Made by a program: the position numbers and the translations under genes
Notes under the pieces: model-generated
The model's input: the letters and a program-made list of their open reading frames with translations, nothing else
What the model was told of the DNA's origin: nothing
Databases searched by the model: none
DNA from: Scyliorhinus canicula
Taxonomy: Eukaryota
Direction: 5' to 3'
DNA length: 64,000 nt
Assembly: GCF_902713615.1 (NCBI RefSeq)
Contig: NW_024056013.1
Coordinates: 891,420 to 955,419, forward strand
Shown: one piece after another, positions 13,451 to 25,104 of the stretch
How the letters are laid out: every line of letters starts with the position of its first letter
Numbering within the stretch: position 1 is the stretch's first letter

Positions 13451-16400
13451 TTACTAATTGTCACAATTCACAAAGTTAAATAATGATAGTAATCAATTAT
13501 CGTGAACTCACAACATCAACAGTTATATTCACCAATTATGATCCGCACTTGTTTCTACAAAATGTAAATGCAATTCATTTAAGGGAGGTGGATTTGAGAC
13601 CAGGAAGCGATCAGCCATGATGATTGAATGGCGGAGCAGGCTCGAAGGGCTGAACTGCCTACTTCCGCTCCTAATTCCTATATTCGTATGTTTGACATAA
13701 TTTTTTGGGATTGAAGTTATTGAGAGAGCATTCACCATTCTGTCAGCAAGAAGTCACATCTGCATCAGAATTCAATGTGAAATGGAATTAAACCCCACCG
13801 AGGATAATGTGCAGCTACCCAGCAGCCTCTGCGCTGTATTGGTCATTAATCACCTCATCGTCACACAGAATCGCCAGACTGGAGTGTGTGCCGATTTGTA
13901 AAGTGTCAGTAGAAATAAAAATACCTGTACCTAATGCGACGTTAATGAATCTTTAAATCGCAATTTGACCTTGCACCGTTTTGGAAAGTAATTCAACGTC
14001 TGCAGCTGTCCACTGAGTTTCACAGGATTTCTGTTTTCACATTAATGTGTTTTCAGTCTGGTGTCTTCACTAATTTGGGTCGGGACATCTTGAGTGACTT
14101 ATTGTACATGACATGACCTCATGCTCCAAATATTCCACCCGTCCCTCCTCAATGTAATCATGTTCCCGCTTTCTATCTTTGAGATGAAGATTCGCCATCA
14201 GCAGAGACGAATCACCAGTACCGCAGGAATATCTCCAGTTTCCTCTCAGTGACGTCCATCTCATCAGTTCCCGATAGCCTGGGGATGGAATTCACCCAGA
14301 AAAGCTTCAGCCACCGAATGTATTAGACTGACACAGATTGGAACGGACCTGCTTTAATGTGTGACGTCATCAAGTGCAAACTGAGAATGGAGAACAGCAT
14401 CTTTCAGGACCATCTATCCATCCATCCGTCAAACCCATTCACTAATTCCTCAATCAAAATATTCAGGCATCCAACCAACATCCATCCCTACATCAAAGCA
14501 GTTACCCCTTTATCGTTTGGGTGGATGGTGGGGGAGTGTTAATGCCATTGAGCCAATAATCCAATACCCGGGCTAATTCTGCGGGTCTTGGGTAAATATC
14601 CCACCACGGCCAGTGATGGAATTTGAGTTCAATTAATAAATCTGGAACACATACTAATGGTAACCATGAAATTCCCTCTGCTTCATCGATGAAGGAAATC
14701 TGACATCCCTCCCTGGTCTCATCTACATGTGGCTCCAGTCGGAGAACAACATGGCTGATTCTTCAGTTCCTTCTGAGCTGATCCAGCAAACCACTCAGTT
14801 CAACAGCAATTAGGGACAGGGAACACATGGTGGTCTTGTTAGTGAGTCCCACATTCCATAGAAGAATAAAGGGGAAAACACAAAAATGTGCATGTTTATC
14901 AATTACAAAATGTACCCTGTATCTGATGGTCCACTTGTATTTCTATCCATCATCACAATGTTATGAGATGTGGGCGGGATCCTCCAGCGGGATATTGCTG
15001 GTAAGAGCGGTCAGAGAAGCTGGATAACTCTCTTTTACATGAAGATGGGAACAGTTCAAATCGGTTCAGAATTTAAAACATAAAATTATCGCCAGTACTG
15101 TTGCTGGGTAGATTTGTTTATAAATAGTCCTAATTGACAGTTTGAAGTTGGCTTGCAGCCAAGCGGTCAGTACTGAGCAAACAGATCTTTGAAAAAAAAT
15201 CCAGATGTTTCCTGTAAACAACATTGAACATTCGAACCTCCCTGGCTGCAGGCGGCTGGATTGCTGCCAAATACTGTGTGGGGCAGATTAACCTGAATGT
15301 GAATGGATCAAATGGGATTTAGCCATTCAAACAATAAATGTTTCAGTCTCATATGAACTAAACTTTTTAAATGGTGTTCCATCTAAATAAATATATTCAG
15401 ACAATGTTTTGTTCACCCTGAGATTAAAAATGATCGGAATATAGTAAACTGACCAGATGCTATTTAATTTACATTAGTTCCGAGTAAAAGTCACTCTAGT
15501 TATTCGTTATTGGTTTGTTAAGAACCTAATGAAGTGAGAGTGAGTGGTGTTGATGGACGCAATCCACAAGTTCAATAAGATTACGGGAATTGCAAAAATA
15601 AAATAAAATGAATTGAAAGTAATAAAACTGCCTAAACCCCGGCGGAATTCCTGGAATATTCTCCGAGTTGTTGACCCCATTTAAACGGAGGAGTCTCTTA
15701 TACCTGATCAGCACCGTGTTCTGTACAGTTTAATTTGTGCTGATTTCCATTGTTTAACAGTCCCTCGAATTGCTGCCAATAAGTGGAGAAATGACCAGTT
15801 CATGACCTGCTTCATGGAAGATCAAACATTTATTCCTGTGATATTGTTTCATATGCCACAAAGTCCTGATATCCTGTGTCCCCAACACCAGTGAATGTTA
15901 GACAGCCGCTGGGCAATAAAATTAGCTGCAATTATTTGGATGCTGAAGGATAACTTTGCTGATCGCCGCGTCCGTTCTGATTCATTAACTTCTCTGTCAA
16001 ATGTCAATGTTAATTTTATGTTTATCTGTTAACTCACTGCTGAATTATCAGGCAAGCGGCTTCTTTTACCGCTAATGTTCACAGGACTGTCTGGGGCTCT
16101 GGGACAGTTCCAGAAATTTAAGGCGAATCATTGTGTAATGTTAGGAGTCTGTCTTGTCTGCAGACCCGGAATGCAGAGTGATAGCCATCCGCACTACAAA
16201 TGGAATCACCTTGTTCATTCCCGCATTTAGACTAAAATCGTCAGCAATTCCTCTGATAAATGATACTTTTTTGGAAATGGGATAGAGACTCGGAGTGTTG
16301 CAAATCAGACAGACATATAACCTATTCCCTGACAAAATAATTCGTCTCTTTGAGATCATCTCAATATATTGGAGTAGAAATAAAGGGGCTGGACTTACAA

Positions 16401-16559
16401 TGGAATAATTTTTTTTTCTTAACAGATGCTTAAATGTAATTTAGCAATGGGGATATTATAAAGAATCAATTCAGACAAACAAATATCCCGACACAGATAA
16501 ACGTCCACATTTAATAATATCCTATAGTAAATCTCTGAGTCCATTCTGTTGGGGGTGTG

Positions 16560-16650
16560 GAAGGTGGGAAGTGGATCCAGGCGCCGCCTCCACCAGGGAA
16601 TCAACAGGCGGCGCCTGGAAAGCCGCCCCCTTCTGCCGGGTATTTAAATG
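16560..16650 (+). promoter_or_regulatory. VH promoter: TATA-like box, ETS-like site and GC-rich inverted repeat
   Basis: TATTTAAA 16641-16648, about 100 nt before the ATG; GGAAGTG near 16567; 14-bp inverted repeat 16576-16619; no perfect octamer seen nearby. Confidence 0.65.
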
Positions 16651-16739
16651 CCGCTCACTGGGAGCCGAATCCAACAGTCCGGGAGCTGGTTTGTTCACTG
16701 AGTTCCTGACACAACCATTTCCCCCAAATTACCAGAAGG

Positions 16740-16785
16740 ATGAGGTGGGCCATTTCTCTCAGTTTGTTGCTGACTTTCTTATCCC
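16740..16785 (+). CDS. IGHV: IgH V leader exon (MRWAISLSLLLTFLS + 1 nt)
   Basis: ATG at 16740, hydrophobic signal peptide, phase-1 donor GTGAG at 16786. Confidence 0.92.
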
Positions 16786-16911
16786 GTGAGTAGTTTTTAT
16801 TGTCCAAGTCTCTCACTGTTTCTGTCTCAGTGTTAGTCTCTCTGGAATGTTCCAGAGTCACCAATCATTTCACCAGCATTAATCCTCGGGCTTTTTGATA
16901 TATTTTTACAG

Positions 16912-17216
16912 GTGTCCAGTCGGATGTTGTGTTGACTCAGCCAGAGGCAGAGACCGGGCGTCCCGGAGGCTCCCTGACACTGACCTGTAAAACCAGCGGC
17001 TTCGATCTTGGCAGCGCCGGCATGTACTGGGTCCGGCAGGTTCCCGGACAGGGGCTGGAGTGGCTGGTTTGGTACTATACTTCATCCAGCAACAGCTACG
17101 CCCCAGCAACTAAAGATCGATTCACTGCGTCCAAAGACACTTCAAACAACATCTTCTCTTTGGCCATGACGAACCTGAAGACCGAAGACTCCGCCATCTA
17201 TTACTGTGCAAGACAC
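16912..17216 (+). CDS. IGHV: Shark IgM-type VH exon ([51 protein letters not shown]...[10 protein letters not shown])
   Basis: Acceptor TTTTTACAG ending 16911; conserved Cys, WVRQ and YYCAR; open frame; RSS immediately downstream. Confidence 0.97.
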
Positions 17217-17255
17217 CACAGCGAGAGGAACCAGGGCTGGACCCGCACAAGAACA
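17217..17255 (+). other. V 3' RSS, 23-bp spacer
   Basis: CACAGCG 17217-17223, 23-nt spacer, ACAAGAACA 17247-17255. Confidence 0.93.
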
Positions 17256-17624
17256 GCTCGAGAGGGAATTCAGCAACTTGCACCTTAACCTGAAGGTCAG
17301 CACTTGATCCAAATGAAATATTAATGTCAGTGATCAGAGACAACGCACACGCTGCTTCTTCCATAACTAACACAGAGAAAATTAAACAGTAAAACCGAAC
17401 AAACCAATCGATCTAATAGGATGAGCTTTTGCCTGTTTATATTTACTGTTAACAGTTTCAGAAATTACAGACCTGGATATAACCGGCGTTTTATTATTTC
17501 TGATACTTGGGGAAATCTATGTACATTGGGTTTTATAAACTGCTGTCAAATTGTAAATTAGATCAGAAGTAAACGTGTATTTGAAGTGAATATTGAGCGG
17601 TAGGACTGACCAGAGAGTGAGTGC

Positions 17625-17652
17625 AGTTTTTGTGCGGGTGTCTGTCACTGTG
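17625..17652 (-). other. D 5' RSS, 12-bp spacer
   Basis: AGTTTTTGT 17625-17633, 12-nt spacer, CACTGTG 17646-17652. Confidence 0.93.
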
Positions 17653-17678
17653 ACTACAGTGGGTCACAGTGCTGTTGG
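17653..17678 (+). other. IGHD: D segment ACTACAGTGGGTCACAGTGCTGTTGG (26 nt, with an internal heptamer at 17665-17671)
   Basis: Lies between two 12-RSS; all three forward frames open (TTVGHSAV, LQWVTVLL, YSGSQCCW). Confidence 0.8.
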
Positions 17679-17706
17679 CACAGCAGTTACTGTCAATGCA
17701 AAAATC
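17679..17706 (+). other. D 3' RSS, 12-bp spacer
   Basis: CACAGCA 17679-17685, spacer GTTACTGTCAAT (12 nt), GCAAAAATC 17698-17706. Confidence 0.8.
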
Positions 17707-18034
17707 CCCTCAGAACTAATGAACTGAGGCTGGCTCAGTGCTCGCTTTTACAATCCAACTTTATTCACAGTGATGTATTATTTATCTCCAGCACTGACAA
17801 AATGACAATAATTAATATGGGAAATCTGTGACAATTATTCACTCATTAGTTAGTGATTTCAATAACATGTTCATGTGTTACTCTGAAATATAAAACATTA
17901 GTGTCATTTCTGAACAACAAGCGACATCCACAAATACAATTCTAATTTAATGAAAATTCATTACAAGTTTACTTTGCCGCTGGTTTGTGAATATTTAAAA
18001 TAATGGTGGATTTCTATCTATTTTGTGCAGGTGC

Positions 18035-18073
18035 GGTTATTGAATGGAGCAGTCCAGGGAATGTGACACTGTG
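18035..18073 (-). other. J 5' RSS, 23-bp spacer
   Basis: GGTTATTGA 18035-18043, 23-nt spacer, CACTGTG 18067-18073. Confidence 0.9.
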
Positions 18074-18121
18074 ACTACTTCAACTACTGGGGACAAGGGA
18101 CCATGGTGACGGTGACTTCAG
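18074..18121 (+). CDS. IGHJ: JH segment (YFNYWGQGTMVTVTS)
   Basis: WGQG motif, donor GTAAG at 18122. Confidence 0.97.
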
Positions 18122-21100
18122 GTAAGAACTGTTCCATTATTTATGAACTGTTTTACTTGAGTCTTTGTTTTACTTATTTTTTCTATTTTAACTATGCATT
18201 CGTTCACTGAATTGCGGGTTTGCTGGATTCTGTATTGAGATTTTGTTGTAATGTTTCATGTGATTCTGCTGAAAAAGGAATTAGTCTGCCGCTTGACAAA
18301 AGATGCTTCTGAGGGATTCAGTCCCTGGTTATTATGATTTGATGTTTATTTTCTGAGGATACTGTGTGGCTGGGTACTTTAATACCTAACGCCTGTTAAA
18401 CAGTTTGGTATTTCTGTAATGTTTAATCTCGGTGACATCTGGTGGCTGCAGGTTTTACCACCTCCTGCACAAGTATTAGAAATCTAACCCAATATTCACA
18501 AAATATGCTGAAGTACACTTCCCGCTTATTGACAATGCTGATGATATTCTTCCATATTTCTGTTTGTTTTAATTGTTCATTCACTTGCTGAAAGGCGGAT
18601 TTGGTGGGTTCTAGACTGAGATTTTCTTGAAATGCTGTTTGATTCTGTTGAAAGTGTTTGTAGATTTGAGCTGGTTCTCCATGAGACGAAATTCAGCCCC
18701 TCGGTGATGTAATTTGGTATTTTTTCTGCTCAGGAGTTTCTGTCTGGGTGATTTTGAATGAGTAAAATTTGTGAAACGGTTCTTGCGTTTCTATGTTCTT
18801 TGAAGTCGGTGATATTGAGCGGTTCCACGTTTTTTGAACTGAATGAATACAAGACACGTGTTTGAAACTGCTGCACGATTGTAGACAGAAAAGAGTCAGG
18901 ATTTTAGAGTGTTTTTTTAAAGTGATGATTGCAGATTAAACTAAGCCACAGTTTAAAATGCTCTTTCCGAACATAATTTGTTCCTGCAATCATAGCCTGG
19001 CTTTACTTCAATGTTCTATCTTGGTGAGATAGATGGATGCAGCTTTATCTCTCCTTCCAACTGTTCAAATGCGTTTGAAATATGGTCCAATATGAATAAA
19101 ATGTGGTAAAGTTACAAAAATATTTTGGACATACCCCACATACTCACAGTGATATTACTGTTGTTTTGTATTTCTATTTAGTTTGATAATTCATACTTTA
19201 GGTGGCGAACTGGTTTGCTGGATTCAATATTCAGATGTTTGTGAAATGTTACGTTTGATTATGTTGAATGTAGAATTGAGCTGCTTCTCAATGAAACGGG
19301 TTGAGTCCTTACGATGAGTTTTGGTGTTTTCCTGCTGAGGAGATAATGTGTCTGGGTGACTTTGAATAAGTACAATTTGTGAAGCGGTTTTCTGTTTCTT
19401 CGTTGTTTCTGCATTGTTCAAACTGGGTGACATTGAGGAGTTACACGTTTTCTGCTTAAATGTAGAAAGGTTTGGGCGTTTGAATCTCCTTGAAGCACAA
19501 TGGTAGGGAGTAAACGCGGCAGGTTTCGAAAATAAAGAAAGGAATTAAAGATTTGAGAGTCATTTTTAAATTTTACCTAATGGTGACTGATTAAACTAAA
19601 CCATGGTGTCATTAAGAACGCAATTCGTTACTGCAATCTGAAACTATTTAACTAAAACGTTTTCAAATTAGTGAGTAAAATTAATATAACTTAAACAATT
19701 ATAATGACATGTTATAACCATATTATCCAAATATGTTTTCATATTAATATCATTAATGATCACTCGCCTTCCACAATTCTGCTGTGCTCTGCACACCATT
19801 AGCATGGCCGGAAAATTTTCTGGGCTGGGAATATTTTGTGATTATTTATGAAACTGTTTTAATAATAACATACTGATTCTACAGCACTGTTCAATTGCAC
19901 AAGTTATATTTGAATTATTTTTTATTTCTCTGATTACGTTTGCAGTTACTTAAATAGGAGTTTTATATTGCAGTTTGGCAATTTATGTATCCGATTATTG
20001 TATTATTTATGTACAGAAGCTCGAATATTATCTCTTCACCGTCATTTGTGATTGTCTCTAATCTAATCATAAAGTGTTTCACAGAGGCGGAAGTCGCTGA
20101 CAGTGCAGGAATTGTTCTTATGATTTTATCTAAATTGTAGGAATGTTCATACTGCTCATTGCTGGAGACACAGTAAAAGCTTGAAATGCAAAGAGATTAA
20201 GTTAATTACAAAAGGAAAATATTAGCTTTGCAAAAAATAATAACGTCCTATCTCGCATAGCTGTGCTGTACACAATATAGCATTATAGAAATAAAACAAA
20301 TTACACAAGAGAAGAATAGATTATATCTGAGCCTCAAGCTTATTTCTTATTAAATCATAAATTGAACAAGAACATTTCTCCATTATTTTCTCATTATGTT
20401 TCAGTGCTGTAGAGGATCTAACTCAGTAGTTTTCATTACGTTTTGCACTCATTAATTAAGCAATACTTCAATAATAAAGTTAATCGAATTGCCTGAATGA
20501 TTAAATCTCGGAAACACTTTTATTGATCACAAACTACCAGGGCCTTTATTGTTAGAGATATAGTTTCGAGTTACAACAGTTTAGCAATTTGGGAGTACCG
20601 CTTTAACAAACAGATGATATATTACACATGTCTGAATTATTCCATCCGATAATTTGAAGTTTAATATTTAATTAAATCCAAATTATTTAGCAAATTTCAG
20701 GCAGGAGCAGGTTTTGAATTACAGAGAACCATTTTTTATTATTTATATTAAACAGTACAAATCAGCTGACAGGTCAACTAATTGACAATTGGCAATAACT
20801 TGCAACGTGACATTAGTACTAACGAATTCAACATAAATTAATGCCTACAATTGAGTAGTACACTGGCGTGCCATAACAAAGCTATTGGAGAATGTTTAAT
20901 TGTACTGAAAATAATTTAGAAAACAATACATTTATTTACTCAGGTTGAAGAGGTGGCCCGCCTCGATTGTTTTGTTGATAATATTTAATTAGAAAATTGC
21001 ATCAAATCAGGTCATCAGTTTCCAATATGAATGTTTCCTGGTTTGTTTATTTCTTAGCAAACACTGGATCTCTGTCACGGACATTAAACTGCCCTCAATC

Positions 21101-21329
21101 TGTTATATTTAATGTGATCATTCTCAGTGATAATACATTGTTCCCAGTTCAGACAGACAGGAGAAATGGCTGAAAGGCGAAGGGAGTTTGAAATTAATAT
21201 CAGTTTCATTTCAAAGAGGTTAGTGAATTCTTATTGTGGTAAGTTGACCATTTATCAATTAGAATCGAGCAGTTTGAATGATTCGTTCCCCTGTGTTTCA
21301 GAGTGACATTGGACATTCTAAGTACTCTC

Positions 21330-22800
21330 TCATCCACACACTGTTTCTCCCTCACATACTCCCTCTCTCCGACAAACCCGGACTATTCCTCAAACACACA
21401 GACACTCTCTCACAGACACTCTCACATACACTCTTCAAAAACACACAGTCTCTCTCTCACACACACACTCGGTCACCCACACGTACTGCCTCACTCTCTC
21501 ATTCTCTTACATACTCACTGTCTCCAACTTTCTCTCTCTACAACTCTCCCTCACACACCAACAGACTGTCACTCGCTCTGTCACATGCACAGGCACATTA
21601 TTCCTCTCTCTCTTTCACAGGCAATCTCCCTCTCTCACACTCTCTCTCACACACTTTCTCTTACAAGTTTTACCAATCTCACTCACATAAAAAATCATTC
21701 GCAGACACACACACACACATGCACTCTTGCACACATTATCTCTTGCACACACGCTCGTTCACACACATGCTCTGTCCCACACATCTCTCTCACACAAAAC
21801 GCTCTCTCACATACAGGCTCTCTCACACACACACACACACTCTGACGTGCATGGTCTCTCGCACGGACGCTCTCACGCTCTCACACACACGCTCTCTTAC
21901 ACACACGGCCTCTCGCACACACATGCTCTCTTGTACTCCTGCTCTCTCACACATATATCCTCTCTTGCATACATGCTCTCTTATGCACATGCGCTCTGAC
22001 ACTCTCTCGCACACACTCTCTCACTCACTTACTCACTCACACTCATGTTTGCTGACTCACATACTCTCTCATGCACATGCTTTCTCACACACATGCTCTG
22101 TTGCATACATGCTCTCTCACACATATACTCTCCCACACATGCGTTCTCACACACACGCTCTCTCACACACATATCTCTCACACTCACGCTCTCTTGCACA
22201 CACGCTCCCTCACACACATGCCCTCACACTCACATGCTCTCTCATTCCCGCTTGCACACACGCTCTCTCACTCACATGCTCTCTCGTACTCGTGCTCTCT
22301 CGCACACATGCTCTCACACACACATGCTCTCACACATGTTCTCTTGCACACATGCTGTCTCGTGCACACTTTCTCTCACACACATGCTCTCTCACACATG
22401 CTCTCTCACACATATGCCCTGTTGCACACATGCTCTCTCACACATATGCTTTGTTACACACTCTCTCACACACACGCGCTCTCACACACATGTCTGGCAC
22501 ACATGCTATCTCACATACATGCTGTCTCACACACAGTTTTGCGCACAATCTCTCTCCCGTGGACACTATTTTGCTCCCTCACACGCACATATGCTCTCGC
22601 TCGCACAAATACGCACAAAGGCCCTCTCACACACAGATATTCTCTGACACACAGAGATACTCTCTCTCTCACACACACTCACACATATACTCTCTCTCCC
22701 TCTCTCTTGATCCATCTCTCGCATGCATGCAGACACACACATAGACACAAACACACTCTCCCTCTCACACACACATACACTCAGACACGCACACACTTTC
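21330..22800. repeat. Degenerate (CA)/(CT)-rich array, units like CACACATGCTCTCT
   Basis: Direct inspection. Confidence 0.9.
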
Positions 22801-22834
22801 AGATACCCAGACGAGAGCGACTGAATCTCACATC

Positions 22835-23145
22835 AATAATAAAAATAATAATCTTTATTATTGTCACAAGTGGGCTCACATTAACACTGCAATGAAGGTA
22901 CTGTGAAAATCCCATTTTCGCCACACTCTGGCATCTGTTCGGGTACACAGAGGAAGAATTCAGAATATTCAAACCACCTAACAGGACGTCTTTCGGGACT
23001 TGTGGGAGGAAACCGGAGCACCCGGAGGACACCCACGTAGACACGCGGAGAACCTGCAGACTCCACACAGGCAATGACCCAAGTGGGAATCGAGCCCGGA
23101 TCCCTGGTGCTGTGAAGCGACAGTGCTAACCACTGTGCTACAGTG
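22835..23145 (-). mobile_element. Full-length SINE in the J-C intron
   Basis: tRNA head at the right end and ATAATAATCTTTATT tail; relatives at 43145-43448(+) and 52355-52660(+). Confidence 0.8.
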
Positions 23146-24070
23146 CCGCCAAATCAAGGCATCATTTTAACGGGTGACCTCGGGGAGCCCAACCAAAGAA
23201 TGAATGGATGGGAATCAGGAGAACAATCTCCGCTGGTTGGAGTCATAACCAGCACCAAGGTAGATGGATTCCATTGCTGGAGGTTAATCATCTCAATTCC
23301 AGGACATCACTGCGAGACTTCTTCAGGGCAGTGTCCTCGGACAAACCATCTTCAGCTTATTCATCAATGACCTTTTCATCATAATGTCTGAACTGGGACT
23401 GTTCTCAGATGATTGCACCAAGCGCAGCACAATTTGCAACTGTGCAGTCACTGAATAAATCTATGTGTAAATAAAGCAACACGGAGACGACATCAGGTTC
23501 TGGCTGACAAGTGGTAACAGTCAAGTCACCCAATCGAAGGTAATGCCCATCTCCAGTAAGAACGGATCTAACCACCGCCCATTGACATTCAATAGCATTA
23601 CCATCATTGAATTCCTGGAGGTTACCATGGACCAGAAAGTGATCTGGACGAATCATATAAATTTTGAGGCCAGAAGAACAGATCAAAGGTGAGGAATCCT
23701 GCGGTGAAAAACTCATCTCCTGACTCCCCAAAGCCTGTCCACCATCTAAAGATCCGCTGCAGAAGCTCATCATGTCTCCTAAGGCAGCACCTTCCAAACC
23801 CATGGCAGCGGCCATCTGGACAAGGACAGCAGACACATGGGAACACCGCCAACTGGAAGCTCAACTCCAAGTCACTCAGCATCATGACTATAAAATATAT
23901 CCCCGTTCCTTCACTGCCGCTGGTTCAAAACCATGGAACTGACTCGGGGAAACCCCACATGGACTACACTGGTTAAAGAAGGAAGCTCGCCACCTTCTCA
24001 AAGGCAATGCGGGATGGAAAATAAATGCTGGCCCAGCCAGAGACACCTACATCACAAGAATGAATAAACA
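23145..24070 (+). mobile_element. Degraded LINE fragment of the same family as 49200-50470, in the J-C intron
   Basis: Nucleotide similarity to the 49.3-50.4-kb copy including the 3' end. Confidence 0.75.
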
Positions 24071-24210
24071 GAACACACTCTCCGTGATACAATATGGCAA
24101 GAATTTTACAGGCAGAAAAATCCCATTTGCAAAATGAAAATCCATTAAGTTGCAGGAATGATCATTGTCCCAGTTCTAAATTATTTGTGAAAAACGAAAT
24201 TACATCGGCA

Positions 24211-24921
24211 TTAAAGCAGCTGCCCAGTGATCTACACTGCTGTCTGACTGTACACAGCCGGTGTTACTGAAAGTATTAAAGTAGCTGCCCAGTGATCTAC
24301 ACTGCTGTCTGACTGTACACAGCCGGTATTACTGAAAGTATTAAAGCAGCTGCCCAGTGATCTACACTGCTGTCTGACTGTACACAGCCGGTATTACTGA
24401 AAGTATTAAAGCAGCTGCCCAGTGATCTACACTGCTCACTGACTGTACACAGCCGGTGTTACTGACAGTATTAAAGCAGCTGTCCAGTGATCTACACTGC
24501 TGTCTGACTGTACACAGCCGGTGTTACTGAAAGTATTAAAGCAGCTGCCCAGTGATCTACACTGCTGTCTGACTGTACACAGCCGGTGTTACTGACAGTA
24601 TTAAAGCAGCTGCCCAGTGATCTACACTGCTGTCTGACTGTACACAGCCGGTGTTACTGAAAGTATTAAAGTAGCTGTCCAGTGATCTACACTGCTGTCT
24701 GACTGTACACAGCCCGTGTTACTGACAGTATTAAAGCAGCTGCCCAGTGATCTACACTGCTGTCTGACTTCACACAGCCGGTGTTACTGACAGTATTAAA
24801 GCAGCTGCCCAGTGATCTACACTGCTGTCTGACTGTACACAGCCCGTGTTACTGAAAGTATTAAAGCAGCTGCCCAGTGATCTACACTGCTGTCTGACTG
24901 TACACAGCCGGTGTTACTAAA
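24211..24921. repeat. 65-bp tandem repeat, 11 copies
   Basis: Unit TTAAAGCAGCTGCCCAGTGATCTACACTGCTGTCTGACTGTACACAGCCGGTGTTACTGAAAGTA; starts every 65 nt from 24211 to 24861. Confidence 0.95.
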
Positions 24922-25104
24922 AGCTGATCAATGTGGAGAATCAGAACAGGATGGATGGAGAACAAGAGGAGGAGGTGGGGGTGGTGGAGCCGAATGGAGG
25001 AGCCCCCAGCTCGGCTGTGGACAACAGGCAACAGGAAGTTGAGCCTGAGCAGAAACTCATCCAGAGAAACATCGTCCTAATGGGCTGGGAGAACCTGGGA
25101 ATCA

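Noticed and set aside
15648-15656. Perfect STAT/GAS motif TTCCTGGAA 1.1 kb upstream of VH
   Set aside because: A single 9-mer is expected by chance in 64 kb
17665-17706. 12-nt D with CACAGTG as its functional 3' RSS
   Set aside because: The nonamer is 26 nt away, while CACAGCA fits it with an exact 12-nt spacer
17766-17805. CACAGTG, 24-nt spacer, ACAAAATGA between D and J as a second D RSS
   Set aside because: No matching 5' RSS upstream, nonamer only 6/9, and the position does not fit a D; probably cryptic
21278-22895. Long His/Thr/Ser/Leu-rich ORFs (up to 488 aa)
   Set aside because: Translations of (CA)/(CT) repeats, open in several frames, inside the IgH intron
24211-24921. 65-bp array as CRISPR or as an RSS array
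   Set aside because: No variable spacers; CACAGCC is not followed by a nonamer at 12 or 23 nt
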